Assembly: GCF_965230835.1 (NCBI RefSeq) | Contig: NZ_CBDDLW010000001.1 | Span: forward strand, 13,566 to 77,565 | Reading direction: 5' to 3' | Length of the DNA: 64,000 nucleotides | DNA from: Mycobacterium sp. | GTDB lineage: Bacteria; Actinomycetota; Actinomycetes; Mycobacteriales; Mycobacteriaceae | In this document: piece by piece, positions 1 through 9,850 of the stretch | Numbering within the stretch: position 1 is the first letter of the stretch | How the letters are laid out: each line of letters begins with the position of its first letter | Program-made: the position numbers and the translations under genes | The notes under the pieces: generated by a model | Told to the model about the DNA's origin: nothing | Database searches by the model: none | Seen by the model: only the letters and a program-made list of their open reading frames with translations

Positions 1-297
1 GAGCATCGCGCAAGCGGGCCAGAGCGCGGTCGCATCCGCCGATGCACACGGGCCGAGCTATATCGCGGCGTCGACGGCGGCGGGCACCCCAGCACCTGGG
101 GTGTGCGCTTGTATAACGGTCGTGACGAACAGATGATGACGCTGATGCTGCCGAACCCGTTCCTCACCAACGACCAGCAGCTCCGCGACGAGCCCGCCTG
201 GGGACAACTGGAATTGTGGGATCGGCTGCGGGCCCGCTACCTGGGCTTAGATTCTGACCCGCAGGATCGCGCCGGCAAGGGTTTTCGGCACGGCTGA
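1..297 (+). CDS. 3' part of a conserved actinobacterial hypothetical protein (5' end outside window)
   Basis: Frame is open from base 1 (EHRASGPERGRIRRCTRAELYRGVDGGGHPSTWGVRLYNGRDEQMMTLMLPNPFLTNDQ...GKGFRHG) to TGA at 295-297; function not recognised. Confidence 0.6.
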   Translation, partial: EHRASGPERGRIRRCTRAELYRGVDGGGHPSTWGVRLYNGRDEQMMTLMLPNPFLTNDQQLRDEPAWGQLELWDRLRARYLGLDSDPQDRAGKGFRHG

Positions 298-327
298 ACC
301 GGGTTCAGCGGCCGGTGCATGTCCACC

Positions 328-493
328 TCACTGTGCGGCTAGGCCGCATCTGACACTCGGCAACGCCAGCTGCATGATCGTGTTCGCGGCTGGCGGCAGC
401 AAAGCTGCCGGATGCAACAGGTCGGCGACCTGGGCTACGGAGCGCATCATCGGCGAAACCCTCTCCACGACGGCATAGGTGCCAGTAGGCCAC
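328..493 (-). pseudogene. Truncated 5' remnant of an Rv2237-like (oxygenase MpaB/DUF2236 family) gene
   Basis: VERVSPMMRSVAQVADLLHPAALLPPAANTIMQLALPSV resembles the Rv2237 N-terminus (LLPAANVIMQLAVPGVGYG). It sits in the syntenic position divergent from cobD, then stops at 328 and abuts another gene. Confidence 0.6.
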
Positions 494-511
494 GTATGAG
501 ACGCTGCCGGG

Positions 512-1462
512 GTGTTTGCGTCACCGCGGCGGACCCGGATCATCGGCGTGTTGGCCGGCTACTTGGCCGACCTTGCCCTGGGCGATCCGAAGCGCGGCCA
601 TCCGGTCGCGTTGTTTGGCCAAGGTTCGGCAGCTGTGGAGCATTACACTTACCGTGACACTAGGGCTGCCGGGGCGGTGCACACTGGCCTACTAGTCGGT
701 GCGGTCGGTGCGTTGGGTGCGTTATTGCAGCGAAGTGCCCGATACCAGGGACGGTTCTGGCCCATGACATTGATCGCAGCGGCCACCTGGTTATCCGTGG
801 GCGGCGCATCCTTGGCGCGCACAGGGATGCAGATGTCAGATCTACTGGACAGCGGTGACGTCGAGGCAGCGCGCCGGCTGCTCCCATCGTTGTGTGGACG
901 TGATCCAACCCGGCTCGACGAATCCGGACTCGCGCGTGCTGCACTTGAATCGGTGGCGGAGAACACCTCCGACGCGGCGGTGGCGCCGCTGCTGTGGGCG
1001 GCCGTGGGCGGGGCGCCGGCGGTGCTGGGATATCGCGCCATCAACACCTTGGACTCAATGATCGGATATCGCTCGCCGCGCTACATCCGATTTGGTTGGG
1101 CCGCGGCGCGTTTAGATGACGTGGCCAACTATGTCGGCGCGCGTGCGACTGCGGCGCTGGTCGTCCTGTGCGCGCCAGTGGTAGGTGGTTCGCCTGCGGG
1201 CGCGTCGCGGGCTTGGCGCCGTGACGCCGCTCGGCACCCTAGCCCCAACGCGGGAGTGGTAGAGGCGGCCTTCGCCGGCGCGCTCGGCGTGCAGCTGGGC
1301 GGGCCCACCCAATACCGTCATGAGCTGCAGATCCGGCCTACGCTCGGCGACGGGGTTCGCCCCGAGGTAGCCGATCTGCGCCGCGCGGTGGTGTTGTCGC
1401 GGACAGTGCAGGCGGCGGCTGCCTTAGTCAGCGCTTTCTGCCTTCAGATCCGTCGCCCATAG
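512..1462 (+). CDS. cobD: Cobalamin biosynthesis protein CobD/CbiB (adenosylcobinamide-phosphate synthase)
   Basis: GDPKRGHPVALFG, ESVAENTSD, NTLDSMIGY and SPNAG motifs; Rv2236c position. Confidence 0.95.
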   Translation: MFASPRRTRIIGVLAGYLADLALGDPKRGHPVALFGQGSAAVEHYTYRDTRAAGAVHTGLLVGAVGALGALLQRSARYQGRFWPMTLIAAATWLSVGGASLARTGMQMSDLLDSGDVEAARRLLPSLCGRDPTRLDESGLARAALESVAENTSDAAVAPLLWAAVGGAPAVLGYRAINTLDSMIGYRSPRYIRFGWAAARLDDVANYVGARATAALVVLCAPVVGGSPAGASRAWRRDAARHPSPNAGVVEAAFAGALGVQLGGPTQYRHELQIRPTLGDGVRPEVADLRRAVVLSRTVQAAAALVSAFCLQIRRP

Positions 1463-2268
1463 CGGTCGGCAAGTTTCTCCTCGACGGTCATCGGGCTGCC
1501 CTGCGGTGAAGCCTGCTGCTTTTCGCGGCGGCGAGCGCGGATCTCCGCGTAGGCGAAATACCCGAGTCCGATCGGCGCCAGGATGCCAAAAGAGATCCAT
1601 TGGATGCCGTAGGACAGGAAGGGTCCTGGGTCTAGCCGCGGAACGCCGACCGCTGCCAACCCCCCGGGTTGTTCGTCTACCAACTGTAGATAGGACCCGG
1701 CCAATGGAACTTTGGTCACCGCTGCGATTTGTTCGGTGTTAATCGAATAGACGTGTTGGTTACCGTCCTGAGTGAACGGTTGCTGGCTCGCGATCGGCTC
1801 GGAGTTGCGCAATCGGGCTGTGATGGTGACACGCTCTTGGGGCGGATGGGGGATCGCTGGAACGCCAGAGCCCTGCTCAGGCCGCACGTACCCGCGGTCC
1901 ACCAGGACAGTCGGTCCGCCGTCGACGGCGAACGGTGCCAGTACTTCGAAAGCCGGGTTTGCGTTGATCACCCGTAATCGTGCTAGCACCTGCACGTTCG
2001 GCAGGTAGTGCCCAGTTGCGGTAACACTGCGCCACTGGCTGCCCGGAGCCGACGAATCCTGCTGCGGTAATAGTCTTTTCAGCGCTACCGGCGGGGCATT
2101 GAGGGCATGTTCGATTTGCTGGTTCTCGCGCGACGTTTTGGTGTTCTTACCTAGCTGCCACGGCGTGAGCACCATAAAGCACAGATAGGTGAACGCGATA
2201 ACCACCAGGGCCAATACCAGCCAGCCTGGCCTGAGCAGGAATGCCAAGCGTGACAGAAAACGGGGCAT
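1444..2268 (-). CDS. SURF1 family membrane protein (Rv2235-like)
   Basis: WQL motif after an N-terminal TM helix, VLVDRGYV, SYGIQW; ATG overlaps the ptpA stop (TGATG). Confidence 0.9.
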   Translation of the reverse strand: MPRFLSRLAFLLRPGWLVLALVVIAFTYLCFMVLTPWQLGKNTKTSRENQQIEHALNAPPVALKRLLPQQDSSAPGSQWRSVTATGHYLPNVQVLARLRVINANPAFEVLAPFAVDGGPTVLVDRGYVRPEQGSGVPAIPHPPQERVTITARLRNSEPIASQQPFTQDGNQHVYSINTEQIAAVTKVPLAGSYLQLVDEQPGGLAAVGVPRLDPGPFLSYGIQWISFGILAPIGLGYFAYAEIRARRREKQQASPQGSPMTVEEKLADRYGRRI

Positions 2269-2762
2269 CAACCTGGTCCGTTCTGTGCGAGCCGCTCATC
2301 GACCCAGGTGTGCAGGCCGGGCAGGGCGGCCTCGATAACGGCGAAGACCTCTTCGAAGTCGTCGTGGTCGCCATAGTAGGGATCCTCGACGTCGAGGGCA
2401 TGGGCACCTGACCGCGGGTCGAATGAGCGCAGCATCCGCAGCCGGTCTTCGTCAACCCCTAGCTGGCGCAACAGTCGGGCGTGGTTGCGTCCCAGAGCCA
2501 CTACCAGATCCGCTGCCAGGTGCTCGGCGTCGACCTGTGCCGCACGGTGGTCGGTGGGGTAGCCGTGGGAGCCCAAGACCGACCGTGCCCGGGTATCAGC
2601 CCCGTTGCCCACGTGCCAGTTCCCGGTTCCCGCACTGGTAACCCGCACACTGCCGCTCAGCCCTCGGCGCTGGATCTGGTGTGCGAACATCTTCTCGGCC
2701 ATCGGCGAACGACAGATGTTGCCAGTGCAGACAAAGGTCACGTGTAAAGCTGTGTCAGACAC
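2268..2762 (-). CDS. ptpA: Low-molecular-weight protein tyrosine phosphatase
   Basis: P-loop CTGNICRS and DPYY motif; GTG start at 2762 overlaps the ptkA stop. Confidence 0.97.
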   Translation of the reverse strand: MSDTALHVTFVCTGNICRSPMAEKMFAHQIQRRGLSGSVRVTSAGTGNWHVGNGADTRARSVLGSHGYPTDHRAAQVDAEHLAADLVVALGRNHARLLRQLGVDEDRLRMLRSFDPRSGAHALDVEDPYYGDHDDFEEVFAVIEAALPGLHTWVDERLAQNGPG

Positions 2763-3573
2763 CGAGGGCCCTCCGCAGCTCGTCGATGGTCGCGGCATGC
2801 GTTACGCCCGCGGAGCAGGCCCGGTCAGCAAAATCGGCATGTCCGTAGCCCCACCCGACCACGACGGTGTCGATGCCATGCGCGGCAGCTCCTTCGACGT
2901 CGTGGCTGCGATCGCCGACCATGACAGTGCGCTCGGGCACGGGTTGCAGCTGTGCCAGAGCGTGGGCAAGCACCTCTACTTTGCTGCTCCGGACGCCGTC
3001 AATACTCGCGCCTGCGATGACGTCGAAGTAGTGCGACAATCCGAAATGAGCAAGGATGCGCCGTGCGGATGGCTCGGCTTTGGAGGTGGCGACGGCCAGG
3101 CGGACCTGAGCGCTGCGAAGGTCGGCCAGAAGCGGTTCGATCCCGTCGAACAGGCTGTTCATCGCCCATCCCCGCGAGGTGTAATCGTCGCGATAGGCTG
3201 CGATAGCTTGCTCGGCGTGCTCGCCGAGTTCCATCGCGCGCAGCGTAACGTGCATTGGTGGGCCGACAATCTGGGCGACAAGGTCACCTGCGGGCACGGC
3301 GGCGCCGATGTGACTGAGTGCGTGGCGGAAACTGGCAACTATCCCTGGTGCCGAGTCGGTGAGTGTGCCGTCCAGATCGAAGATCACCAGCTGCGGTGTC
3401 GCGCGGGTGGACAACGCCCGCTCGGCGATGTCGCGGGATGGGGGCGGGAGGTCGCTCCCCGCCGAGCCGGTGGCTGTCACGTGTCCATTCTCCGCGATGG
3501 ACCTGCCATTAGGAGACGGTCCTCCCAATAATCGGTTGGTCTGGCGGCGCACTAGTGTTCTAGTGATGGTCAA
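2755..3573 (-). CDS. ptkA: HAD-fold protein PtkA (Rv2232-like); start uncertain
   Basis: FDLDGTLTDS, ATSK and MVGDRSHD HAD motifs; immediately upstream of ptpA. Confidence 0.9.
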   Translation of the reverse strand: MTITRTLVRRQTNRLLGGPSPNGRSIAENGHVTATGSAGSDLPPPSRDIAERALSTRATPQLVIFDLDGTLTDSAPGIVASFRHALSHIGAAVPAGDLVAQIVGPPMHVTLRAMELGEHAEQAIAAYRDDYTSRGWAMNSLFDGIEPLLADLRSAQVRLAVATSKAEPSARRILAHFGLSHYFDVIAGASIDGVRSSKVEVLAHALAQLQPVPERTVMVGDRSHDVEGAAAHGIDTVVVGWGYGHADFADRACSAGVTHAATIDELRRALGV

Positions 3574-4630
3574 TCCAGATCACAGCGCGTCGATGAGCTA
3601 CCTGACGTCGCGTTACCACGGTGATCAGGCCGTCGAGCCCGGCATGCTGGACTTCGCCGTAAACGTCCGTCATCCGCAACCGCCGTCATGGCTGCTAGAG
3701 CGACTGGCCGCCCGGCTGCCGCAGTTGGCCCACTACCCGGGCTCTAGGGATATAACGGACGCTCAAGACGCGGTCGCGCGCCGCCACCGCCGAACCCGCG
3801 ACGAGGTCCTGCCGCTGGCCGGAGCAGCGGAAGGATTCGCATTACTGAGTAATCTGCGCCCGGCCCAGGCGGCGATCATCGCGCCCTCGTTTGCAGAGCC
3901 GGCTGTAGCGCTGGCCGCGGCCGACGTTCCCGTGCGGCATGTCGTCTTAGAGCCGCCGTTCAGCCTCGACGGCGTGCAGGTGCCCGACGACGCTGATCTT
4001 GTTGTGGTCGGTAATCCGACCAACCCCAGCTCCGTGCTGCACACCCGCGAGCAGCTGCTCGCGTTGCGCCGGCCGGGGCGGCTTGTGGTGGTCGACGAAG
4101 CTTTTGCCGATTCGGTACCTGGGGAGTCGGAGTCGGTGGCTGGTGATGCGCTGCCCGACGTACTGGTGCTGCGCAGTCTGACGAAGACCTGGGCACTAGC
4201 CGGATTGCGCGTCGGCTATGCGCTTGGCACACCCGAGGTGCTGGCCCGGTTGGCCACGCAGCGCGCGCATTGGCCGGTGGGCACGTTGCAGCTGACGGCG
4301 ATCGAGGCCTGTTGTGCATCGCAAGCCGTCGCCGAGGCCGCCGCTGACGCTGTGCGGTTGGCGTCGCTGCGCGCGGAGATGGTGGCCGGTCTGGAGGCGG
4401 TGGGTGTCGAACCGGTCGATGGTCGGGCCCCGTTTGTGTTGTTTCGCACGCCCAGTGCCGAACTGATCCGTCGCCGACTGCACGACAAAGGTATTGCGAT
4501 CCGCCGTTGTGACACATTCGTCGGTCTGGACCGGTGCTACCTGCGGGCAGCAGTGCGGAAGGAGTGGCCGTTGCTGGTGCAGGCAATCGCCGAAGTAACC
4601 GATTGCGCGAACAATGGGAGGCACCGATGA
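3566..4630 (+). CDS. cobC: PLP-dependent aminotransferase/threonine-phosphate decarboxylase CobC (Rv2231c-like)
   Basis: RYHGDQ, GNPTNP, VVDEAF and [16 protein letters not shown] (PLP lysine) motifs. Confidence 0.92.
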   Translation: MVNPDHSASMSYLTSRYHGDQAVEPGMLDFAVNVRHPQPPSWLLERLAARLPQLAHYPGSRDITDAQDAVARRHRRTRDEVLPLAGAAEGFALLSNLRPAQAAIIAPSFAEPAVALAAADVPVRHVVLEPPFSLDGVQVPDDADLVVVGNPTNPSSVLHTREQLLALRRPGRLVVVDEAFADSVPGESESVAGDALPDVLVLRSLTKTWALAGLRVGYALGTPEVLARLATQRAHWPVGTLQLTAIEACCASQAVAEAAADAVRLASLRAEMVAGLEAVGVEPVDGRAPFVLFRTPSAELIRRRLHDKGIAIRRCDTFVGLDRCYLRAAVRKEWPLLVQAIAEVTDCANNGRHR

Positions 4631-5778
4631 GTGCTCGGCTGGCGGACGTCATCGCGGTGCTCGACGAGGCATACCCGCCGCAGCTTGCTCAGTCGTGGGA
4701 CTCGGTAGGCCTGGTGTGCGGCGATCCCGATGATGTGTTGGATTCGGTAACCATCGCCGTAGACGCGACACCGGCGGTCGTCGACAACGTTCCCGAGGCC
4801 AGTTTGCTGCTCGTCCATCACCCATTGCTGTTGCGGGGGGTGGATACGGTTGCGGCCAGCACCCCGAAGGGCGCGCTGGTGCACCGCTTGATTCGCAGTG
4901 GGCGATCCTTGTTCACCGCGCACACCAACGCCGATTCGGCGTTCCCGGGAGTATCCGATGCCCTAGCACACGCTCTTGGCTTGCATGTCGAGGCCGTGCT
5001 CGATCCACTGCCTGCTGTGGCCGATCTCGACAAGTGGGTTATCTATGTCCCGCGCGAGAATTCAGAAGCGTTGCAGGAAGCAATCTTTGCGGTTGGTGCC
5101 GGACACATCGGCGACTATTCGCACTGCAGTTGGAGCGTGACCGGTACCGGGCAGTTCCTGCCGCACGACGGTGCGTCGCCGGCAATCGGCAGTGTCGGAA
5201 CTGTTGAGCGGGTAGCCGAAGACCGGATCGAGGCCATAGCGCCGGCCCGACTGCGGACCGATGTGCTGGCCGCACTGCGTAACGCGCATCCGTACGAAGA
5301 GCCGGCGTTCGACATCTTCGCTCTGGTGGCACCACCGGCGGAGGCCGGGTTGGGGCGCATCGGCACGCTGCCGCAACCCGAGCCGCTGCACGCCTTCGTC
5401 TCTCGGGTCGGTGCCGCGTTGCCGCGCACGTCGTGGGGGGTGCGTGCCGCAGGAGACCCTGACATGCGTGTTTCGCGGGTTGCCGTGTGTGGCGGTGCGG
5501 GCGACTCATTGCTAGCCAGCGCTGCCAGCGCGGACGTCCAAGCCTATGTCACCGCTGATCTGCGCCACCACCCGGCCGACGAGCATCGTCGTGCTTCGAA
5601 TGTTGCCTTGATCGACGTCGCGCATTGGGCGAGCGAATTCCCTTGGTGCGGCCAGGCCGCCGAGGTGCTGCGGTCCCATTTTGGCGTGACGTTGCCGGTG
5701 CAGGTCTGCACCATCCGCACCGACCCCTGGAATCTGACAACAGCGGTGGGGAACGAGTCTTTGGGAGATTCTTCATGA
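4627..5778 (+). CDS. Nif3-like dinuclear metal protein (Rv2230c-like)
   Basis: WDSVGL, HHPLL, HTNAD, DLRHH and HWASE motifs; ATGA overlap with cobC. Confidence 0.93.
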   Translation: MSARLADVIAVLDEAYPPQLAQSWDSVGLVCGDPDDVLDSVTIAVDATPAVVDNVPEASLLLVHHPLLLRGVDTVAASTPKGALVHRLIRSGRSLFTAHTNADSAFPGVSDALAHALGLHVEAVLDPLPAVADLDKWVIYVPRENSEALQEAIFAVGAGHIGDYSHCSWSVTGTGQFLPHDGASPAIGSVGTVERVAEDRIEAIAPARLRTDVLAALRNAHPYEEPAFDIFALVAPPAEAGLGRIGTLPQPEPLHAFVSRVGAALPRTSWGVRAAGDPDMRVSRVAVCGGAGDSLLASAASADVQAYVTADLRHHPADEHRRASNVALIDVAHWASEFPWCGQAAEVLRSHFGVTLPVQVCTIRTDPWNLTTAVGNESLGDSS

Positions 5779-6512
5779 AAGCCGAAGTGGCACAGCAGCG
5801 TTCGCTTATGGAGCTGGCAAACCTGGATGCGGAGCTGGCCAGGATCGCGCATCGTGCCAACCATCTGCCGCAGCAGGAGGCCCATGATCGGGTACAGGCT
5901 GAGCACGACGCTGCCAACGATCGGTTGGCTTCTGTCCGGATCGCGTTGGAGGACTTGGACGCCCAAGTGTCGCGATTTGAATCGGATATAGACGCGGTGC
6001 GCAAACGTAAGGACCGAGACCACTCGTTGCTGACATCGGGTGCGACCGACGCCAAGCAGCTGTCTGATCTGCAGCACGAGCTGGACACCTTGCAGCGCCG
6101 TCAGGGCAGTCTGGAAGATTCTTTGCTGGAGGTGATGGAGCGCCGTGAGGAGCTGCAGACTCAGCTGTCAGCTGAGTCGAGTCTGCTCGCGGGGCTGCAG
6201 AACGACTTGGTGGGCGCCCGAGGAGACCTCGACGCAGCGCTTGCCGAGATCGATCAGGCACGCCAGGACCATTCATCGCGACGTGACGCGCTGACCGCGG
6301 CGCTGGACCCGCGCCTTTCTGAGCTGTACGAACGACAGCGTGCCGGGGGAGGGCCGGGTGCTGGGCCTTTACAGGGGCATCGTTGCGGCGCGTGCCGGAT
6401 CGAGATCGGCCGCGGCGAGCTGGCCAGTATCTCGGCGGCTGCCGAGGACGATGTGGTGCGGTGTCCGGAATGCGGGGCGATCCTATTGCGGGTCAAAGGG
6501 TTCGGCCAGTGA
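5775..6512 (+). CDS. Coiled-coil plus C4 zinc-ribbon protein (Rv2229c-like)
   Basis: Long heptad region followed by CGAC...CPEC; ATGA overlap with the upstream gene. Confidence 0.92.
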   Translation: MKAEVAQQRSLMELANLDAELARIAHRANHLPQQEAHDRVQAEHDAANDRLASVRIALEDLDAQVSRFESDIDAVRKRKDRDHSLLTSGATDAKQLSDLQHELDTLQRRQGSLEDSLLEVMERREELQTQLSAESSLLAGLQNDLVGARGDLDAALAEIDQARQDHSSRRDALTAALDPRLSELYERQRAGGGPGAGPLQGHRCGACRIEIGRGELASISAAAEDDVVRCPECGAILLRVKGFGQ

Positions 6513-7624
6513 AGGTAATCATCGAAGCTGACGGTGGATCGCGGGGGAACCCCGGCCCAGCGGGCTACGGAGCGGTGGTGTGGACTGCAGACCATGTGAC
6601 TGTGCTTGCCGAGAGCAAGCAGGCGATCGGCCGGGCAACGAACAACGTCGCTGAGTACCGAAGCTTGATAGCAGGTTTGGACGACGCCGTGAAGTTGGGC
6701 GCCACCGAAGCCTCCGTTCTGATGGATTCCAAGCTGGTGGTGGAGCAGATGTCGGGCCGATGGAAGGTCAAACACCCCGACTTGGTTCAGCTCAATGCTC
6801 AGGCTCGCGCGCTCGCGTCGCAGTTTCGCCAGATCAATTTCACGTGGATTCCGCGGGCCAAAAATTCGCATGCCGACCGATTGGCCAACGAGGCGATGGA
6901 TGCCGCTGCGCACGCTAAGCGCGACGTGGAAAAAGCCACCGTTCCGGTTGCCGGGTCCGGCAAAGACTTGGCGACCGAATCCCCCACAGCTCCCGGTTGG
7001 ACGGGTGCGCGCGGCACGACCACCCGGCTGTTGTTGTTGCGGCACGGGCAGACCGAGTTTTCGGTGCAACGGCGCTATTCGGGGCGCGGCAACCCCGGTC
7101 TGAACGACGCTGGCCGGCGCCAGGCTGAGGCGGCGGCACGGTATCTGGCTCAACGCGGTGGGATTTCCGCGGTGGTCTCCTCACCGCTGCAGCGGGCCTA
7201 CCAAACCGCGAAAACAGCGGCCGGCGCGCTGGGCTTGGAGGTGGCCGTCGACGAAGATCTCATCGAGACCGATTTCGGTGCGTGGGAAGGCCTGACGTTC
7301 ACCGAAGCCGCTGAACGCGATCCTGATTTACACCGCCGCTGGTTGCAGGATGCCGACATCAAGCCGCCGGGCGGTGAAAGCTTCGATGACGTGCTGCAGC
7401 GGGTTCGCCGGGGACGTGACCGCATAGTGGCGGCCCACGAAGGTGCGACGGTGTTGGTGGTCTCTCATGTCACGCCGATCAAAATGTTGTTGCGTCTGGC
7501 CTTGGACGCCGGTCCGGGGGTTCTGTACCGGTTGCATCTTGATCTGGCTTCGCTGAGCATCGCCGAGTTCTATTCCGACGGGGCGTCATCGGTGCGTCTG
7601 GTGAACCACACCGACTACGTATAG
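6509..7624 (+). CDS. Bifunctional RNase H / histidine (alpha-ribazole) phosphatase (Rv2228c-like)
   Basis: ADGGSRGNPGPAG, TNNVAEY, MDSKLVV and N..AD RNase H motifs, then RHGQT histidine-phosphatase motif. Confidence 0.95.
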   Translation: MKVIIEADGGSRGNPGPAGYGAVVWTADHVTVLAESKQAIGRATNNVAEYRSLIAGLDDAVKLGATEASVLMDSKLVVEQMSGRWKVKHPDLVQLNAQARALASQFRQINFTWIPRAKNSHADRLANEAMDAAAHAKRDVEKATVPVAGSGKDLATESPTAPGWTGARGTTTRLLLLRHGQTEFSVQRRYSGRGNPGLNDAGRRQAEAAARYLAQRGGISAVVSSPLQRAYQTAKTAAGALGLEVAVDEDLIETDFGAWEGLTFTEAAERDPDLHRRWLQDADIKPPGGESFDDVLQRVRRGRDRIVAAHEGATVLVVSHVTPIKMLLRLALDAGPGVLYRLHLDLASLSIAEFYSDGASSVRLVNHTDYV

Positions 7625-7788
7625 TGGTGTATTCGTCGCAGCAATGCGCGTGGCGATGGTATCGCTTTGGCTTACGCGTGCTTCGCTTGTAGTGCGGCAG
7701 AACATGCGTCGAAGTAGATGGCTGCGGGTAACGCAGTCGGCGCAACGCCGCTGGCCTAGCGGTGCGGTAGCGAGTACGGTGATGTTCG

Positions 7789-8213
<425 letters not shown>

Positions 8214-8271
8214 CTGACCGGGGACCCGAGCATTTTGCTAGTCGGAGCTGCAGTCTTCGGCAGTACATCCG

Positions 8272-8367
8272 AGCCGAGTCGATCGCGTCCCTGGTCCGAT
8301 CGTCAGAATCGGGTCGCAGGTGGGTGTAGGTGTCCAGCGTCTCGACCGCACGGGCTAACGAGTGGCG
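8272..8367 (-). pseudogene. C-terminal remnant of a phage-type tyrosine integrase
   Basis: Minus-strand frame reads RHSLARAVETLDTYTHLRPDSDDRTRDAIDSA, matching the actinobacterial integrase tail (H..A.ETLDTY.HLWPDSDDRTR.AID) with the catalytic Tyr at 8326-8328. No start codon or N-terminal domains. Confidence 0.75.
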
Positions 8368-8527
8368 GGGCTCTCTAGGCCGACACTACCCTGGCCACTG
8401 TTCGTTTCCCTAAGTCAGGCGGCAGGGGGTGGACACGGCACCATCCCAGGGCCACCGCCGGCTACAGCATGAAAGCAAATCTTCAGATATCGGTCGTCAC
8501 AATAAGAGCGCAACGGGTGGAGGCTAC

Positions 8528-9850
8528 ATGCGCGCTTCTTCATCAGAAGAGTTCACCGAGGCACCTGACCACGAAGCGCCGATGCGGCGTGTCGCAATAT
8601 CCAGCCTGCTTGGCATCACCTTCGAGTACTACGACTTTTTGTTGTACGGCACCATGAGCGCGCTGGTATTCGGTCTGGTTTTCTTTCCGCAGTCCGACCC
8701 ATCAGCGGCCGCGATTGCAGCCTTCGGCACTTTGGCAGCGGGCTATGTGGCGCGTCCACTTGGGGGAGTCCTTTTCGGCCACTTCGGTGACCGGCGTGGG
8801 CGCAAATCAATCCTTGTAGTCACCATGGCCATGATGGGTGTCGCGAGTGTGCTGATAGGGATGGTCCCGACATACACAGCGATTGGTGTGGCCGCGCCCG
8901 TCATCCTCGTCACGCTGCGCGTCATTCAAGGTGTAGCGATCGGAGGGGAATGGGGCGGCGCCACGTTGATGGTTACCGAGCATGCTGATCCGGGGCGCCG
9001 CGGCATGTGGAACGGCTTCATGCAAATGGGGTCAGCGATCGGCGGACTTCTCGCGGCCGCGGCGGCTGCCGCTGTTACCTATCTGCCTGAGGCCGCCTTC
9101 CTGACATGGGGATGGCGTCTTCCTTTCCTGGCGAGCGTCATCTTGATTGCGGTTGGCTTGTATATCCGGCTTGGCATTCCGGAGAGCCCTGTTTTCCACA
9201 AAGCCCACACCACGGCTGGAACACCTGACAACTCAATACCGTTGCTGATGCTGCTGCGCCGTCCCCGCTCTCTTGTGCTTGCGTGCTGCGTTGGCGTCGG
9301 GCCGTTCGCGTTGACTGCTCTTAACAGCACGTACATGATCTTCTACGCCGTAGCCATCGGTTATGAGAGATCCGATGTCACGACCGTTCTGGTGTTGATG
9401 GCCGCCAACGCCTTGATAACCATCCCTGTTTTCTCCGCGTTGTCCGACCGCCTTGGGCGCCGCACCGTCATCGTGGCCGGTGCGATCGGAATCGTTGCCT
9501 ACGCGTGGCCGTTCTACGCCATGGTCGGGACCGGTTCGCTACCAGTGTTCATCGTCGCGATGATGATCAGTCAGGTCATTCAGTCGGCGATGTTCGCACC
9601 GTTGGGAGCATTGCTTGCAGAGGTATTCGGAACCGCTATCCGTTACACGGGAGCGTCGATGGGATATCAGCTCGCAGCGCTCATCGGTGCCGGCTTCACG
9701 CCGTTAATCGCAAGTAGCGTGCTGGTCTCGGGGCCGCGTAGCGGCCCTTTGGTTGCGCTGGCGATGGGCTGCGGAATCGTGAGGTCGCGTCTCATCGCTG
9801 GTGTAAATGGTCACGGGCGTAGGTTCCGTCGCAACCGACGAAAGCTATGA
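8528..9850 (+). pseudogene. MFS transporter (MHS, shikimate/proline-betaine-like), C-terminus disrupted by IS256
   Basis: GGAGG RBS then ATG 8528; EYYDF, DRRGRK, GGEWGGA and SDRLGRR motifs. After GCGIV the ORF runs into IS sequence; the native tail lies at 11247-11309. Confidence 0.85.

Noticed and set aside
2605-3531. Long antisense ORFs such as 2605-3531, 18593-19618, 12130-12900 and 45141-45818
   Set aside because: They shadow well-supported genes on the opposite strand and have no family motifs; expected in high-GC DNA.
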